A stretch of 64,000 nucleotides of DNA from Octopus vulgaris. Taxonomy: Eukaryota. Below are positions 26,920 through 40,188 of this stretch, piece by piece; position 1 is the first letter of the stretch; each line of letters begins with the position of its first letter. A model generated the notes under the pieces. That model did not search any database. It was not told the DNA's origin and saw nothing but the letters and a program-made list of their open reading frames with translations. The stretch is taken from the NCBI GenBank assembly GCA_951406725.2, contig OX597820.1, forward strand, positions 107,384,001 through 107,448,000, in the 5' to 3' direction. The translations under genes were made by a program, and so were the position numbers.

Positions 26920-27019
26920 CATTATCATTTGCATTTTAGCCCCAGAGGCTCGATGTTTTTGAATGACATTATTCATAAAAATGATCTCCGTTAATTTCAT
27001 TGTTATATCATCTTCATTA
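26920..27019 (-). CDS. POLR3A: POLR3A internal exon (100 bp), NEDDITMKLTEIIFMNNVIQKHRASGAKMQMIM
   Basis: Matches RPC1 NEDDLTMKLTEIIFLN; ttccag| acceptor, |gtaaat donor; phase consistent. Confidence 0.95.
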
Positions 27020-28118
27020 CTGGAAGAAAATAAAATGGTATGGAATTTTTAGGTAAAAAAAAAACATTACTCTTTGCATAAAACATACACAAATATGTTT
27101 ATCAGTGAGTGAACAAATGAAACAAAGTAGTACTCACCACATTTGGTTAGAGTTACATGTATTGAATAACAAGTCTGACTCAGTCCTACATTAAAGTTTC
27201 ATGAGCATAGAATACATTCATCTTGTCAGATGTTCAAAGACAGGAACATCTGATGAGATTTATATGTCTTACACCCATGAAACTTGAAGTAATGTGCAGC
27301 TTAGTCAAACTGTTATTAAATATATACATATATCATCGTTGTTGTTTTAACATCCACTTTTCCATACTTGCATGGGTTTGATGGAATTTATTGAAGCAGA
27401 TTTTCTATGGCTAGATACCTTTCCTATTGCCAACCATCACTTGCTTCCAAGCAAGATAACATTTCTTTATGGCTGGACATGATTCCATGGAAGATTGAAA
27501 ACAAACTACACTGCTTGGATGATAGTGATGCTTGTTTACAATTATTGCACAATGAGAAAACAAGGAAACAAACATATGCAAACACACACACAAACACTTG
27601 CAATATACCCTTTCTATCACCAAATCTCCCTCTTATCCATCTCTTTCTCTCTTTTCCCACTGTTCATGTTGTTTCTATTTAATCTCCTCACCAACTACCT
27701 GTCTATCACTCACTCTCTATTCTATTACTCCCTTTTTTACCACCATCTTGATCCAATCATTGTTTCTTACTTTACTCTTCTTTCAACCTCTCACTCTGGC
27801 CCCCTTCCCAGTTGTGCATGAAAGAAAGGAATGAACATACAAAGACAAAGCAAGGAAAAGAAAATTATCTTTAGTTTTGCTGGGGTTGAAACAATTCTCT
27901 GATACTGGTAAACAAGCAGAGATAACAAAGAGAAGACCATTTAGTCTTGCCAGAGACCAAGACAGCCTTTCCAGTGCTGATGCCACAATAAAAGGCACTC
28001 AGTACATTCTGTAAAGTGGTTGGTGTAAGGAAGGGCATCAAGCTATCAAAACCATCCTAAAAAATGACTTGTGCAAGTGAGACATGGAGGATCATAACTC
28101 CAAAGAAGAATTAATTTC

Positions 28119-29670
28119 GGATCTTTTCGTTTCGAACGATAGTTTGTAACATAATTTCTAGGTAACTAAAAAATTTTAAACTTCATATACTGGTAGAATG
28201 TGTTTATAAAACATTATTTTCTCTTGGCTTTATTGAGAAAATTCTATAGGTTGTAAGATATTTCGTCGTTAATTTCTTGCATTTCGGCAATTTTAACCAA
28301 TCAATTACCTCCATTGACGTAAACAACATTCCGTGCTGTATGAATATGTCCCTCGTTTAAGAAACAGATTAGGTTTATTTACATTTGTGAAGAAAAAAAA
28401 TACCCTTCCCCTAACCCTAACTCTAAATCTAAAATAGATTGAAATGCAATAGATCGATACTAGGGTTATAATTATGGGTGACAATTTCATACGACACCGC
28501 TAGGGAAAATGGGAGTTTTTCCTAGCGGTGTCATATGAAATTGTCACCCATAATTATAACCCTAGTATCGATCTATTGCATTTCAATCTATTTTAGATTT
28601 AGGGTTAGAGTTAGGGTTAGGGGAAGGGTATCTTTTTTTCTTCACAAATGTAAATAAACCCAATCTGTTTCTTAAACGAGGGACATATTCATACAGCATG
28701 GAATGTTGTTTACGTCAATGGAGGTAATCGACTGGTTAAAATTATCGAAATGCAAGAAATTAAAGACGAAATATCTTACAACCTATAGAATTTTCTCAAT
28801 AAAACCAAGAGAAAATGATGTTTTATAAACACACTAGCAGCATAGCCCAGCATTGCCCGGGTATGTAAGAGCCCCTAGTAGGCAACGACTAATCCCAATC
28901 TAGTCCTTTCCCTCTAGGGAACGAAGGCGCATGTGTAGGTTGCAATGTCTTCTCTTCACTCCCAAATAACTATCAAACAGCTATCGATTATTCAACCCAA
29001 CCAATTCCTACCAGGAATAATAGCTGCTGCAGCCGCAAGTTATTCGAATACTTTTTTTGTTTACACTTTCTTTATAACTACCACCCCAAACGTTTTACCT
29101 TAAATTTTTGACGTACCCTAAGGGTCCTCGGACGCTACTTGCAAACTCTTGGTTTATTATAAACCGCTTTTGTCGTGTGCATCAAAAAACCTTTTCCATT
29201 CGTTTGTTCAGTTTGGTCACTTTTGACTTTTTCGTTGTTGTCACTCACATTGCTGCCCGCTTTTTTGCCGTTTTTGTACATTTTTATACATTTTGGGATA
29301 CTTACCCCACGTGTTCCGAGAGTTAAAAAGGTTGAGTTGCGTCCCCTAGACAGTCTGTAGAAAATGTGTTGCATATAAAAAGCTTAGATTCTTGACCCAT
29401 GTCGAATTTATCGATTTTTTTTTCAGAACTGGGGGAACTTTTCAAAATTTTCGCTGCGTTAGTTTTGAATTATGACATTGGGCTACGTGTGTGTCAAGTT
29501 TCATCAGAATCGGTTGAAAGCCGTGGTCAGGGTGAGGATACAACCTGACAGACACACAGACAGACAAACTGCCGTTTATATATAGAGAGATTCTACCAGC
29601 ATACGAAGTTTAAAATTTTTTAGTTACCTAGAAATTATGTTACAAACTGCTGTTCAAACCAAAAAGATCC
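28119..29670. mobile_element. Foldback/palindromic DNA element with ~390 bp arms and 8 bp TSD TTAATTTC, interrupted by a Helitron
   Basis: GGATC...GATCC termini; arms symmetric about ~28512; TTAATTTC at 28111-28118 and 29671-29678. Confidence 0.9.
28834..29590 (-). mobile_element. Non-autonomous Helitron (757 bp)
   Basis: Minus strand: A|TCtctctatatataaa...cccgggcaatgctgggc hairpin...CTAG|T, no TSD; empty site readable from the opposite arm. Confidence 0.92.
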
Positions 29671-30161
29671 TTAATTTCAGATGTGACAAGCTGTCTAACT
29701 TATACTAGCATGGGAAAGTGGACATAAAAATGATGATGATATCCATACACACACACATCACTGGTTTCCACTTATGAGGAATTAGTAGACATAGACAGAA
29801 GATATTTGCCCAAGGTACTGCAGTGGAACTGAACCTGGAGCATTGTGACAACAAAGCAAACTTCTTAACCACACAGCTATGTCTACTTGACTGGCATTTA
29901 TTTTATTAGCCAAGAAAATATGAACAGTAATGTTGACCTTGGTGAAATTTGAACTCAGAATGTGAAAGATGTAACTAAATATTGCAAGGTGTTCTGTCCA
30001 TCACTACACCAATTCTATCAGTCCCTGTCCCATCCATCATAAATTATGCTAATGATAAATCGATGGAAAGGGGAAGTAAATACATTTTTTTTATTTAAAT
30101 GTAATCTCTTTGGTAGCCACCCTCTCCACTAACTTAATAACCTTTAAAAAATGTATCTTAC

Positions 30162-30283
30162 GTGCCAGACTTTAAATCAGATACCACAGATGGACGAATG
30201 CACAATGGAGGGCACATTATTCGTGTCAATATTAAATCCTCAGGTTTACCAACTTCGGGGTTCATCACAAGTAATGGAATATC
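30162..30283 (-). CDS. POLR3A: POLR3A internal exon (122 bp), [40 protein letters not shown](T)
   Basis: Conserved PPLCIRPSV motif; tgtag| acceptor, |gtaaga donor. Confidence 0.95.
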
Positions 30284-31159
30284 CTACAATTATATACAAG
30301 TTGAGAAAATATAAAAACAGATATGGTTAGTATTTAGATTCTTTTACTTGCTTCAGTCATTTAGTCGAACAAATCAACCACAGGACTTACTCTTTGTAAG
30401 CCTAATACTTATTCTATCAGTCTCTTTTGCCAAACCCCTAAATTACAAGAACATAAACACACCAACATCGGTTGTCAAGTGATAGTGGGGGCACAAACAA
30501 AAAACGCAAATACATACACACACATCTCAGAGGCGACTCCAGGTCATCAGCGCCACTGGGGATCATCACAGAGCAACCCTACAAAACACAACTGATCTTT
30601 ACACACAGACGGACAGAATAAAGGCAATCAAATAATAATGACAGCAGAGTGCATAACAAACATCAGTGATCTGACTATCACCTGTACTCTTGACAAGAGT
30701 TGCCAGTTAGTCTTTTACATCTACCAGGCTCATTCATATCAGCCTGAGTTGCTGGATAATTTTTCATTCCTTCAAAAATATTGTAGAACAGAAATTTTTC
30801 ATAGACTGGAATCTAAATCTCAATCTCTATAGGAACCTATTGTTTCAAGAAAACACTGAATTTGAATTCCTTTTAATTTTTACGATTATAGATAACAACT
30901 TGGGCTGTAACTCTGAGCCCAAGTCAGGCGCATGTGAAAAATGTCAAGAAAATGTCTGCTACAAATGATATTTTTTGACACAGCAAACTTCTAAGACGAC
31001 TGCCAGATACTGAACGAAAATAAATGAACTGCGACCAGGCTCAATAAAAGGAGCCCAAGTTATGAGCTACAATTACATACTTGCTTGTAAATACACATTC
31101 ACTTTACTAAATTTATACTCAGGCGCAGCCCGAATGCCGGAGTTACCACTGATATATAT

Positions 31160-33917
31160 ATATATATATTATAATTCTGAAATGCGAAAAGTTTGTTTGT
31201 TTGTCTGGTTTTGGCATTGAGAACAGGTTAAAGGCCACTAGATCCCGTCGGATTGACTCAAAATTTACAGGGACATGTAAAATGAGGTGAGGATGCGAGT
31301 GGGCTAGGTTAGAAATCCCTATCTTAAAAGGTGTCATTGCTAGGGCCAAAAACGTACTTTGACAAGTCTACTCTCATTCTTTTATGTATGTCTTCCTCCA
31401 TCACTCACTCACTTTCCTCCCTTCCCATCACATTCGATCTATAACGTTGTTTCACAGCGTCTACTTTCCCTTCACTTTCTCTTTATAACGTCGTTTCACA
31501 GCGTTCTATATTTCCCCCCCTCCCCGCCTTCAACAGCGCTTTCACACACTCTCTCTCTCTCTCTACGTCTGTCTGCATTCATAGAGAGAATTATCATCGC
31601 CACCACCACCACCACCACACAATCATGAGAACAAATATTATGAATGAGATATTTATTGGGTTAATTTATATATGTGTGTGTATGTGTGTGTTCTATATAT
31701 AAATTATATATATATAATGTATATATACAAAGTGTACATATCTGTATTTATGTATATTAAACTTTTTAATACTTTTTGATAGTTATATATATTTTTTTTA
31801 AATTATAAATATAAATTAATAATTTTAATTTTAAATTTAATTTCAATTTTTAAATTTTATATTTTATATATTTTGTATATTATATTTTTATTTTTATGTT
31901 TTGGTTTATGTTTTTCACTGTTTGATTTGCCTAATAGTGAAAAGGGGTCTAAATGGGGCTGGAAGGGGATTAAAATTTACAGGTGCGGTGGTTTAGGAAT
32001 TCTCTGTTACATCAAGCTAAAAAATTTGCGCCAGCCTTTAAATCTTCAATGTGTTGCCGTCCATGATGAAGAAGTTTTGAATGCTTGCATTGGTGAGTCT
32101 ACTGTTGTGAGAAAGAATCACTTCAAAACTTGGTGTTTAGGAATTTTCTTTTACATCAAGTTCAAAATTTTACGCCAGCCGTTAAACTGCCACTACGTTG
32201 CTGTCCGTCGTTAAGAAATGCCAGCCATGGTGACTCTACTATCTTCAGATTCTATCCCTTCAAACTTTGGTTTCCACTATTTTTTTTTTTATTCAGCTCG
32301 CAAGTTCGTCTATCCCTTTTACGAGGGGTGTTCAATAAGTAATGCCCCTGACCCACTTGCAGTTGTTTGATCTAGCTAAAATTTTGCATGTGCACTTATT
32401 TATATCTCTATAGATTAAGTGGCGAATTACAGCTCTGAACTAATTGTGGTTTCTGATTTACAGGTGTTTGAACTGAGTCAAGTGTGAAATGGAGCCTGTT
32501 GAGTGTCGAGCAGTGATCTGGTTTTTGTATTTGAAAGGACGCACACCACGGGAGACTTTTGATGAAATGAAAGTAACTTATGGTGATGATGCCCCATCAT
32601 ATGACCTTGTAAAACGCTGGCATTGTGAATTCAAACATAGTTGGAACTCTGTGGAAACAGCTCCCAGATCTGGTCGCCCCCTTCTGCCGTTGATGAGACG
32701 TCTGTCCGTCAAGTTGAGGCTGCCATTTTGGAAGGTCAACGCATAACTATTCGCCAAATAGCCCATAAGGTCAAGATTAGTACCGGGTCTGTGGAAACTA
32801 TCATTCATGACCATTTGCATATGCAAAAGGTGTCTGCCAGATGGATTTCCAGGTTGCTCACGCCTTTCCAGAAGCAAGAACGCGTTGAGTGCTCGAGGAT
32901 GAATTTGGAGATGTGCCAAGAAGATGAGTCAAAATTTTTCAAAAGACTGATCACACAGGATAAAACCTGGGTCCATCACTATGATCTATAGACCAAAGCC
33001 CAGTCAATGCAGTGAAAGCACCGTGACTCACCTCCTCCAAAGAAGGCAAGGGTGCAGCCCTCCGCTGACAAGGTTATGCTCACAGTCTTCTGGGACCAGG
33101 ACGGAGTAGTGATGACAGATTTCCTGGCAAAGGGTACCACAATTACAGGAGCCTATTATGCTTCACTTTTGAGGAAATTAAGAGAAGCTATCAAAATCAA
33201 GAGGCGGGGCAAGATCAGCAAAGGCATCCTCCTCCTGCAGGACAACGCTCCAGTCCACAACTCGCTTGTCGCCAGATCAGAAGCACAGGCGTGCAGCTAT
33301 GAACTCCTCCCCTTGCACCCTCTGATTTTCACCTCTTCCCAGCCATGAAGTTGATTTTGAAAGGAAAGCGTTTCCCAGATAATGCAGCCTTGATTTCTGA
33401 AGTCACATCGTGGTTGGAGGACCAAGCTGGGGTCTTCTACAAAAATGGTCTCCAGAGCTGTATCAAACGATGGGAGAAATGCATAACTCTGGGTAGTTCC
33501 TATGTAGGAAAAGACTAATAACTGTGCCAAGTGTCGTTGCTCTACTGCTATGGGAAGTGGGTCAGAGGCATTACTTATTGAACGCCCCTCGTAAATGTTA
33601 GTGTTTTGCTGTCTGCCTTGAAGCAGACCTTTCCGCTGTCACTGCCTGATATTTATGATTGATCTTTCAAAATATATTTCTTTCTCAACTTACTCAAGAT
33701 TTTTGTTGTTTATAAATGGGAGAGAGATAGATAAAGATAGAGAGTAAGAGAAAGCGAGGGAGAGTTCGAGAGAAAGGAAGAGTAAGAGAATGGGAAAGTG
33801 AGAGAGAAAGGAGAGTGAAACAAAGAGGGAGAATGTGGTGATAAAAAACAGAAAGGAAGCAATAGAAAGTAACAACCACACTCTTACCCGCACGTAGAGC
33901 GGGTCACCTTAAGCTAG
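31160..33917 (+). mobile_element. Non-autonomous Helitron carrying a nested mariner
   Basis: 5' tatatattataa..(gttt)n start; 3' hairpin acccgc-acgtaga-gcgggt then CTAG|T at 33914-33918; 5' boundary blurred by (TA)n. Confidence 0.7.
32322..33591 (+). mobile_element. Full-length mariner (Hsmar2/irritans-like), transposase pseudogene 32489-33518
   Basis: ~37 bp TIRs cgaggggtgttcaataagtaatgcc, TA TSDs, ITQDKTWVHHYD, LLQDNAPVH; frameshifts and stops. Confidence 0.95.
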
Positions 33918-34137
33918 TATATATATATATATATATTGGGATTCTTTCAGTTTCCGTCTACTAAATCCACTCACAAGGCTTTGGTAATGAACTCAGAACC
34001 ATGTGGTTGGGAAGGAAGCTTCTTACCACACAGCCACTCCTGTGCAAATTAAGAAAAAATACTCAAAATATCAAGGAAAAAACTACAGTTAATGGATTAA
34101 GTAAGTTGGGTAAAGAAATATTCTTCAGTGAAACTAC

Positions 34138-34490
34138 TAACTGCTGGACCAAGTCATGAAAGTTACAGAGAGTGTTACAACTCAGTTGATTAGAAATAGA
34201 ATTAAACTAGATGAGATGCAATTTGGTTTTGTGCATGGGAAAAGTATCACAGATGCCATCTTCTTAGTGAGACAGCTGCAGGAGAAGTATCTGGTCAAAA
34301 ATAAACCATTGTACTTGGCTTTCATTGACCTGGAGAAAGCTTTTGGCAGAATCCTTTGATCTGTTATCCGGTGGTCCCTAAGGAATTTAGAAGTAAAAGA
34401 GTGGCTTGTTAAAGCTGCACAAACCATGTATAGCGATGATGCTAGTAGGGTGAGAGTCGCCTATGAATACAGTGATGAATTCAGTGTGCC
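34138..34490 (+). mobile_element. RTE LINE RT fragment
   Basis: LDEMQFGF...DAIFLVRQLQEKYL...DLEKAF. Confidence 0.85.
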
Positions 34491-34524
34491 AATTTAGTGC
34501 TGCTGCCACACAACTACAACAATG

Positions 34525-35220
34525 CTTTCAAATTTTGGCAGAAGGCCAGCAATTTTCAAGGAGAGGATAAGTTGATTACATCAACCCCACTGCTCAACTA
34601 GTACTTATTTTAATGACCCTGAAAGGACGACAGGCAAGGTCAATCATAGCAGAATTTGAACTCAGAATGTAGAAATAAATGAAATGCCACTAAGCATTTT
34701 GCCCAGCATGCTCCTGCCAGCTTGCCACCTATGCTGCTACTGCAGCAGCAGCAACAGCAACAATAATAATAATAATAATAATGGTTTCAAATTTTGCCAC
34801 AAGGGCAATCATTTTGGGAGAGGGGATGTGTCAATTACATCAACCCTAGTGTTCAACTGGTACTTAATTTATCAACCCCAGAAGGATGAAATGCAAAGTC
34901 GACCTTAGTGAAATTTGAACTCAGAATGTAGCGGCAGACAAACTACTGCTAAGCATTTTGCCCAGCGTGCTAACAATTCTGCCAGCTCACCACCTTAACA
35001 ATAATAATAAGGCAGTGAGCTGGAAGAATCATTAGTATGTCAGAGAAAATGTTTAGTAGTTCTTCCAACTCATTACAGTCTGAGCTCAAATTCCGCCAAG
35101 GTCAACTTTGCCTTTCATCCTTTTAGGGTCTGTGAATTAAGTACCAGTTGAGTACTGAGGTTAATGTAGTTAACTAGCCCCTCAGAAAATTTCAAGCTTT
35201 GTGCCTAGAGTAGAAAGAAT
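34525..35220. mobile_element. Cluster of three MetaSINE-like SINEs (two minus, one plus)
   Basis: Each matches the 1777-1985 SINE or its reverse complement; (AAT)n linkers. Confidence 0.7.
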
Positions 35221-35249
35221 TGAGGCAGTGGGCTGGCAGAATCATTAAC

Positions 35250-37925
35250 ACTTCCCTCACTTACATGATGTAAGGTGTGAATGACGAGGTCAAACCAACC
35301 AACAAAACAAACAAACATTTATAATGAGAACTTCCATATCATGACAAAATCATATTGATGGGTGATTTTAATGCCAGAATAGGTAACAAACACACAGTGG
35401 GGTCAAAAGTAGTCGGGAAACATGGAAGAGGAAAGATGAATGCAAGCGATTTATGACTGTTCGGCCTAACAATCACAAACACAGTTTTTCAGCAGGCAGA
35501 TAAATATAAGAACACTTGGAAGCATCTCCGATTTGGTAACTGGCACATGCTTCACTATGCTATGACTAAGAGCAAAGATTGCAGTGTTACTCAGATTAAG
35601 CAGAGCTCATAAAACTCCTGAGTGTTACTCAGATCACAGAACTGTCTGCAGCAAAGATATTTGTTAAACCATATACAAAAAGGCCACTGAGATCCAGAAT
35701 ACATCCAAGAATAAATATGATTTCTTCAAACGATTAAGAAACAACAAAAAATTTTGAAATTCATCTAAATTCAAAGCTTGAGAACAAAGAGGAAAGCCAT
35801 GATCCTGAAGTTTTGTGGGAAAATATACATGACAGCATCAAATCATCTGCTGAAGAAGTTCTAGGATTTGTCAAACACAAGATACCAAGATTTGTTTGAT
35901 GAGAACGATTCTCAAATCCAACCTCGCCTGGAAACAATGCACAAAAGGCACAAGGCATGGATCTCACCATCACTCAGATCCATATACATCACCTCTAAGA
36001 AAACTACTCAAAAAAACTGTGTGAGATAAAAAAATTCTTAGTGGGCAAAAAAAGCCCAAGAATTGGAACAGGCTATTGACTCTCACAACTTGAAGGAATT
36101 GTATAACAGGTCAAAACTCTTATGTAGCAAAGATGAAACTCTGAAAAGATGGGCTGAACACTTTAAATCCATATTAAATCAAGAATCCACGACCAATCCT
36201 AAAGCAATCAATGAAATCCTTCGGCAGCCTATAATTGAAGAACTAGCAGATCTTTCCTTGGAAGAGATAAGTACTGCTATTAAAAAAAATTTCCAATGGA
36301 CAAGACGATATTCCCATAGAAGTGTACAAGCATGGTGGTAGACAACTTTTAAGAAAGCTGCACAAATTGATCTATTTGATTTGGGAAACTGGATATGTTC
36401 CCCAACAGCTCAAAGATGCACATGTAAAAACAGGAGAAGAAGGGTATACGTGACAATCACAGAGGAATAAGTTTGTTGTGCATAGCTGGAAAAATTCTTG
36501 CAAGAGTGATCCTTAACTGCATCAGTATATATATTCTGAATTCCAATGTGGATTTCAGGCTAGGAGAGGCACAGTTGACAGGATTTTTTTGATTTGGCAA
36601 GTTCAAGAAAAAGCACATGAGCAAAATACTGACCCGTACATGGTCTTTGCTGGCTTGACCAAAGCATTTGATACAGTGAATCGTGAGGCACTCTGGAAAA
36701 TTTTGTCAAAAGTTGGTCTTCTTGATAAAATGATAAGGGGTAATAATATCTCTGCACAAAGGAATGATGGCAACGGTGATATCCAGCAATCAATGTTCAG
36801 AGGCATTTCCTGTTGTCACTGGAACCAAACAGAGTTGTGTTTCAACTCCCGTACTTTTTTCCATATTCTTTTCGCTGATGCTCCAACATGCTTTTAGGGA
36901 TAATCATGGTGTAAAATTTCAGTTCCACACAGGAGGTCTACTAAACCTAACAGGTCAAAGTTTCAGATCAAAGAAGACCAAGGAAAAGATTCTATGTGAT
37001 TTTCTGCTTGCTGATGATTGCACTTTGATTTCTCATACATTCCAGGGAATTCAGGAACCAGGTGACATGTTTGCTGCAGCAGCTTTTGCATTTGGACTAT
37101 CAGCTTCAAAAAGACTGAATTTTATTCCAACCAAAGCCCAGGAGAGAACATACTCAAAATTCAAATGTGATGATTGACAACAAGCACTCAAATGGATCAG
37201 GTCATTTAAATATCTTGGAAGTTACAGTAAACGTTAAGAGTACTCTTGATGATGAAATCAATGTTAGAATATCTAAAGCTACAAGTGTTTTTGGAAAATT
37301 TTCTCATCATTTCTGAGATGAACATGGTGACAGTCTGAAAACTAAAATAAGTACATACATATCTTATATTTTGAGCAAACTTTTGTATGAGGCAGAAGCA
37401 TGGATTCCCAATTACAGATATATAAAGAAACTTGAAGCCTTTCACATGTGCTGCCTGCATAATATTCACAACATAAAATGGCAAGATAAAATATCAAAAT
37501 ATTAGAAGAATGTGATATATCCAGTACCAAAATCATGCTACTGAGAATTCAGTGTAGATAAGTAGGAACTGTTCAAATGAAAGATGACTGCACTCCAAAA
37601 TTCCTTTGTATGGCCAACAAGTAGAGGGATACTGTGGTAAAGGAAGACCCATCCTTAAGTAAAAAAATAAGTTGAAGCAATCACTAAAGTCTTTACTGCT
37701 TAATTTGACATCTTGGGAAAGTCATTGCCTAGATTAATCAGAATGGCATAAAACATGTCATGATGCATCAAAACAATTTGAGTCGAAGAAACAGAACAAT
37801 AAAAGGATTTTATTCTGCAATCAACAGACACATTTGTCCAATCCCAATCAAAATCATCAGTGTTCCTGTTGTGACTTCATAGCAAAATCCATACTTGGAC
37901 TCAAATTACATTCAAACATCCATTG
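35250..37925 (+). mobile_element. Decayed RTE-BovB-like LINE (APE endonuclease, RT, C-terminal Zn finger)
   Basis: GDFNARIG, RWAEHFKSILN, DNHRGISLL, LTKAFDTVNREALW, ADDC, FKYLGS, C-x2-C...H C-terminus; heavily frameshifted. Confidence 0.88.
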
Positions 37926-38083
37926 CAAATAGGTGGACCCTCTTTATTTTTAAAGTTGTTTTTTCTTTCTTTTTCTTTTTTCTTTTCTTTAAATCCTCTC
38001 TTTCAAACACTCATACATCAAAACTGACAGGAGTGACTATTACATTATTATTAACAACATACAGAAAAATGAATCTACTTTAC

Positions 38084-38137
38084 CTCTTCTGGAATTCTTT
38101 TAAATAAGTCCAAAACAGTTAAAGGTGTGAGAATTTC
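38084..38137 (-). CDS. POLR3A: POLR3A internal exon (54 bp), EILTPLTVLDLFKRIPEE
   Basis: Not in the ORF track; read manually. Matches RPC1 ENLNPLVVLNLFKRIPAE; tttcag| acceptor, |gtaaag donor; phase 0/0 fits neighbours. Confidence 0.92.
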
Positions 38138-40188
38138 CTGAAACAGAATGAAAATGTCAGAAGGTAAAAAGGAATCCCAGATGAGAATAAAAAAGGTGTA
38201 ATTTATTAAACACACATGCATACACATAGGTACATATACACAGAAACACAAATACAGTATCTTTTACTATATTCTACTATATGTGTCTTCTACTATAAGG
38301 AGAGGCTACATTGATTAGAAAAAGTAAAAATATATTTCTGTCCATAATATATAGTTGAATACAATACATAATATACATTATATAGATATATAGGGGCCAT
38401 GTAAGCTAGTGTAGGGGGTTACATATAGCTACTTGACTTAATGTAGTAATTAAATTCCCTCAATAAACTCCTTGTTACCTTTGAAACAGGGACTGTGTGC
38501 TAAGAGGTTTGCTTCCCAACAACTCTTTCCACAGTTTTGTCCCATTCCGTGGCACCTTGTCTTCTACTTCAGCCTTGTGAGTGGATTTGGTAGACAAGAT
38601 GCCACGCAGTGGGACTGAACCCGGAACCATGGTAGACAAGATGCCACGCAGTGGGACTGAACCCGGAACCATGTGGTTGGTTAGCAAGCTACTTACCACA
38701 CAGCCACTCCTACGCCTATATATATATATGTTGTATTTCGGAATGGTCATTTTGCAAGTTTAGCCAATAAAAACACGCGCACTATATATTTGGTGTTACT
38801 TTGCTTCAGTCTGTATTATCTGGGAAAGGAAAATGGGTTTTAGTATATCAAGGGATTATCAATTCTATTATAAGCTAACAAAAGCCCCTTTATTCTGTCT
38901 TCTCACACAGCCTGCACATAGAATAACAGTGAATGCCACATAAAGTGAAATTGGTATGGAGCTTTCTGAAAGATATGCATAGCTTTCACTAATGGAAGTA
39001 AAACTCTTATTTAAAGTTTGATTTTTGGGGACAAATAATATGTGATTTTTTAAAAAAGACTAGAACAACAATGCTAAAACATATTTGAAATACAGGACAA
39101 CAGTCAAAAATCATAATGGATGGGTAAATAAGCATCCTTAAAGTGAAACAATGCACTGGTAGGTAAACAAATGTATTAACAAATAGAAGAGAGGAAAGGG
39201 ACCATCACCATTTAAGTAACTCAGAATAGGTAAAGGTAAGCTTGGCAAAGTTTAATGCAGCTTGAATATAGAGATTAAGATTGTGTGGTATGGGATATTC
39301 ATTGCATAGTGTTCCCAGTCAATTTAATCACAGTCGCAGGGGCACAGTCGAAATAAATAGACAAAATCCTTTCACTTATATAATATTCTCTAACCAAAAG
39401 TCGATACACATATATAAAAAATATAAAAAGTAATAATACACAATTACAACATATAAATAAATAATAAATCAAAAAATGTGAAAACAACTAAAAAATATTC
39501 TGTAATACAAATATACGATCATATAGATTAAAAAAGTATAGAAAACAGTGGGAATAGACAAAATCATTTCACTTTTATAATATTCTCTTACCAAAACTCA
39601 AACTATATACCAATACACATATAAAAAAATATAGAAAGTAATAACACAGAGTTACAACATATAAATAAATAATAAATCAAAAACATGTGATAACCACCAA
39701 AAAATATTCTCTAATGCCAATATACGACCATAAAGATTAAAAAAGTATAGAAGACCCTACATACAAAAAACTATGTACACACAACGAATTTGGATAGATC
39801 TTTTAAATTAACATGAACATTTATTTATATGAAAGAAAATTCCTGGAGACATAACATCTGTTGTGCTAAAAATAACTGCTAAATAAGATATTTTGGAAAA
39901 ATCTTTTAAATTAACATAAACATTTATTTATATGAAAAGAAAATGACAGCTTCCAAATCCTGTTTCCTGACTGGGTCACTGCGCAGGTGGACAGTCGAAA
40001 TAAATAAAGACAAAATCCTTTCACTTCTATCATCATCATCATTTAGCGTCCGTTTTCCATGCTAGCATGGGTTGGATGGTTTAACTGGGGTCTGTGAAGC
40101 CGGAAGGCTTCATCAGGCCCAGTCAGATTTGGCAGTGTTTCTACGGCTGGATGCCCTTCCTAACGCCAACCACTCCGTGAGTGTAGTG

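Noticed and set aside
28593-28628. Interstitial telomere or chromosome fusion site
   Set aside because: Only a few degenerate hexamers, mirrored within a TSD-flanked transposon
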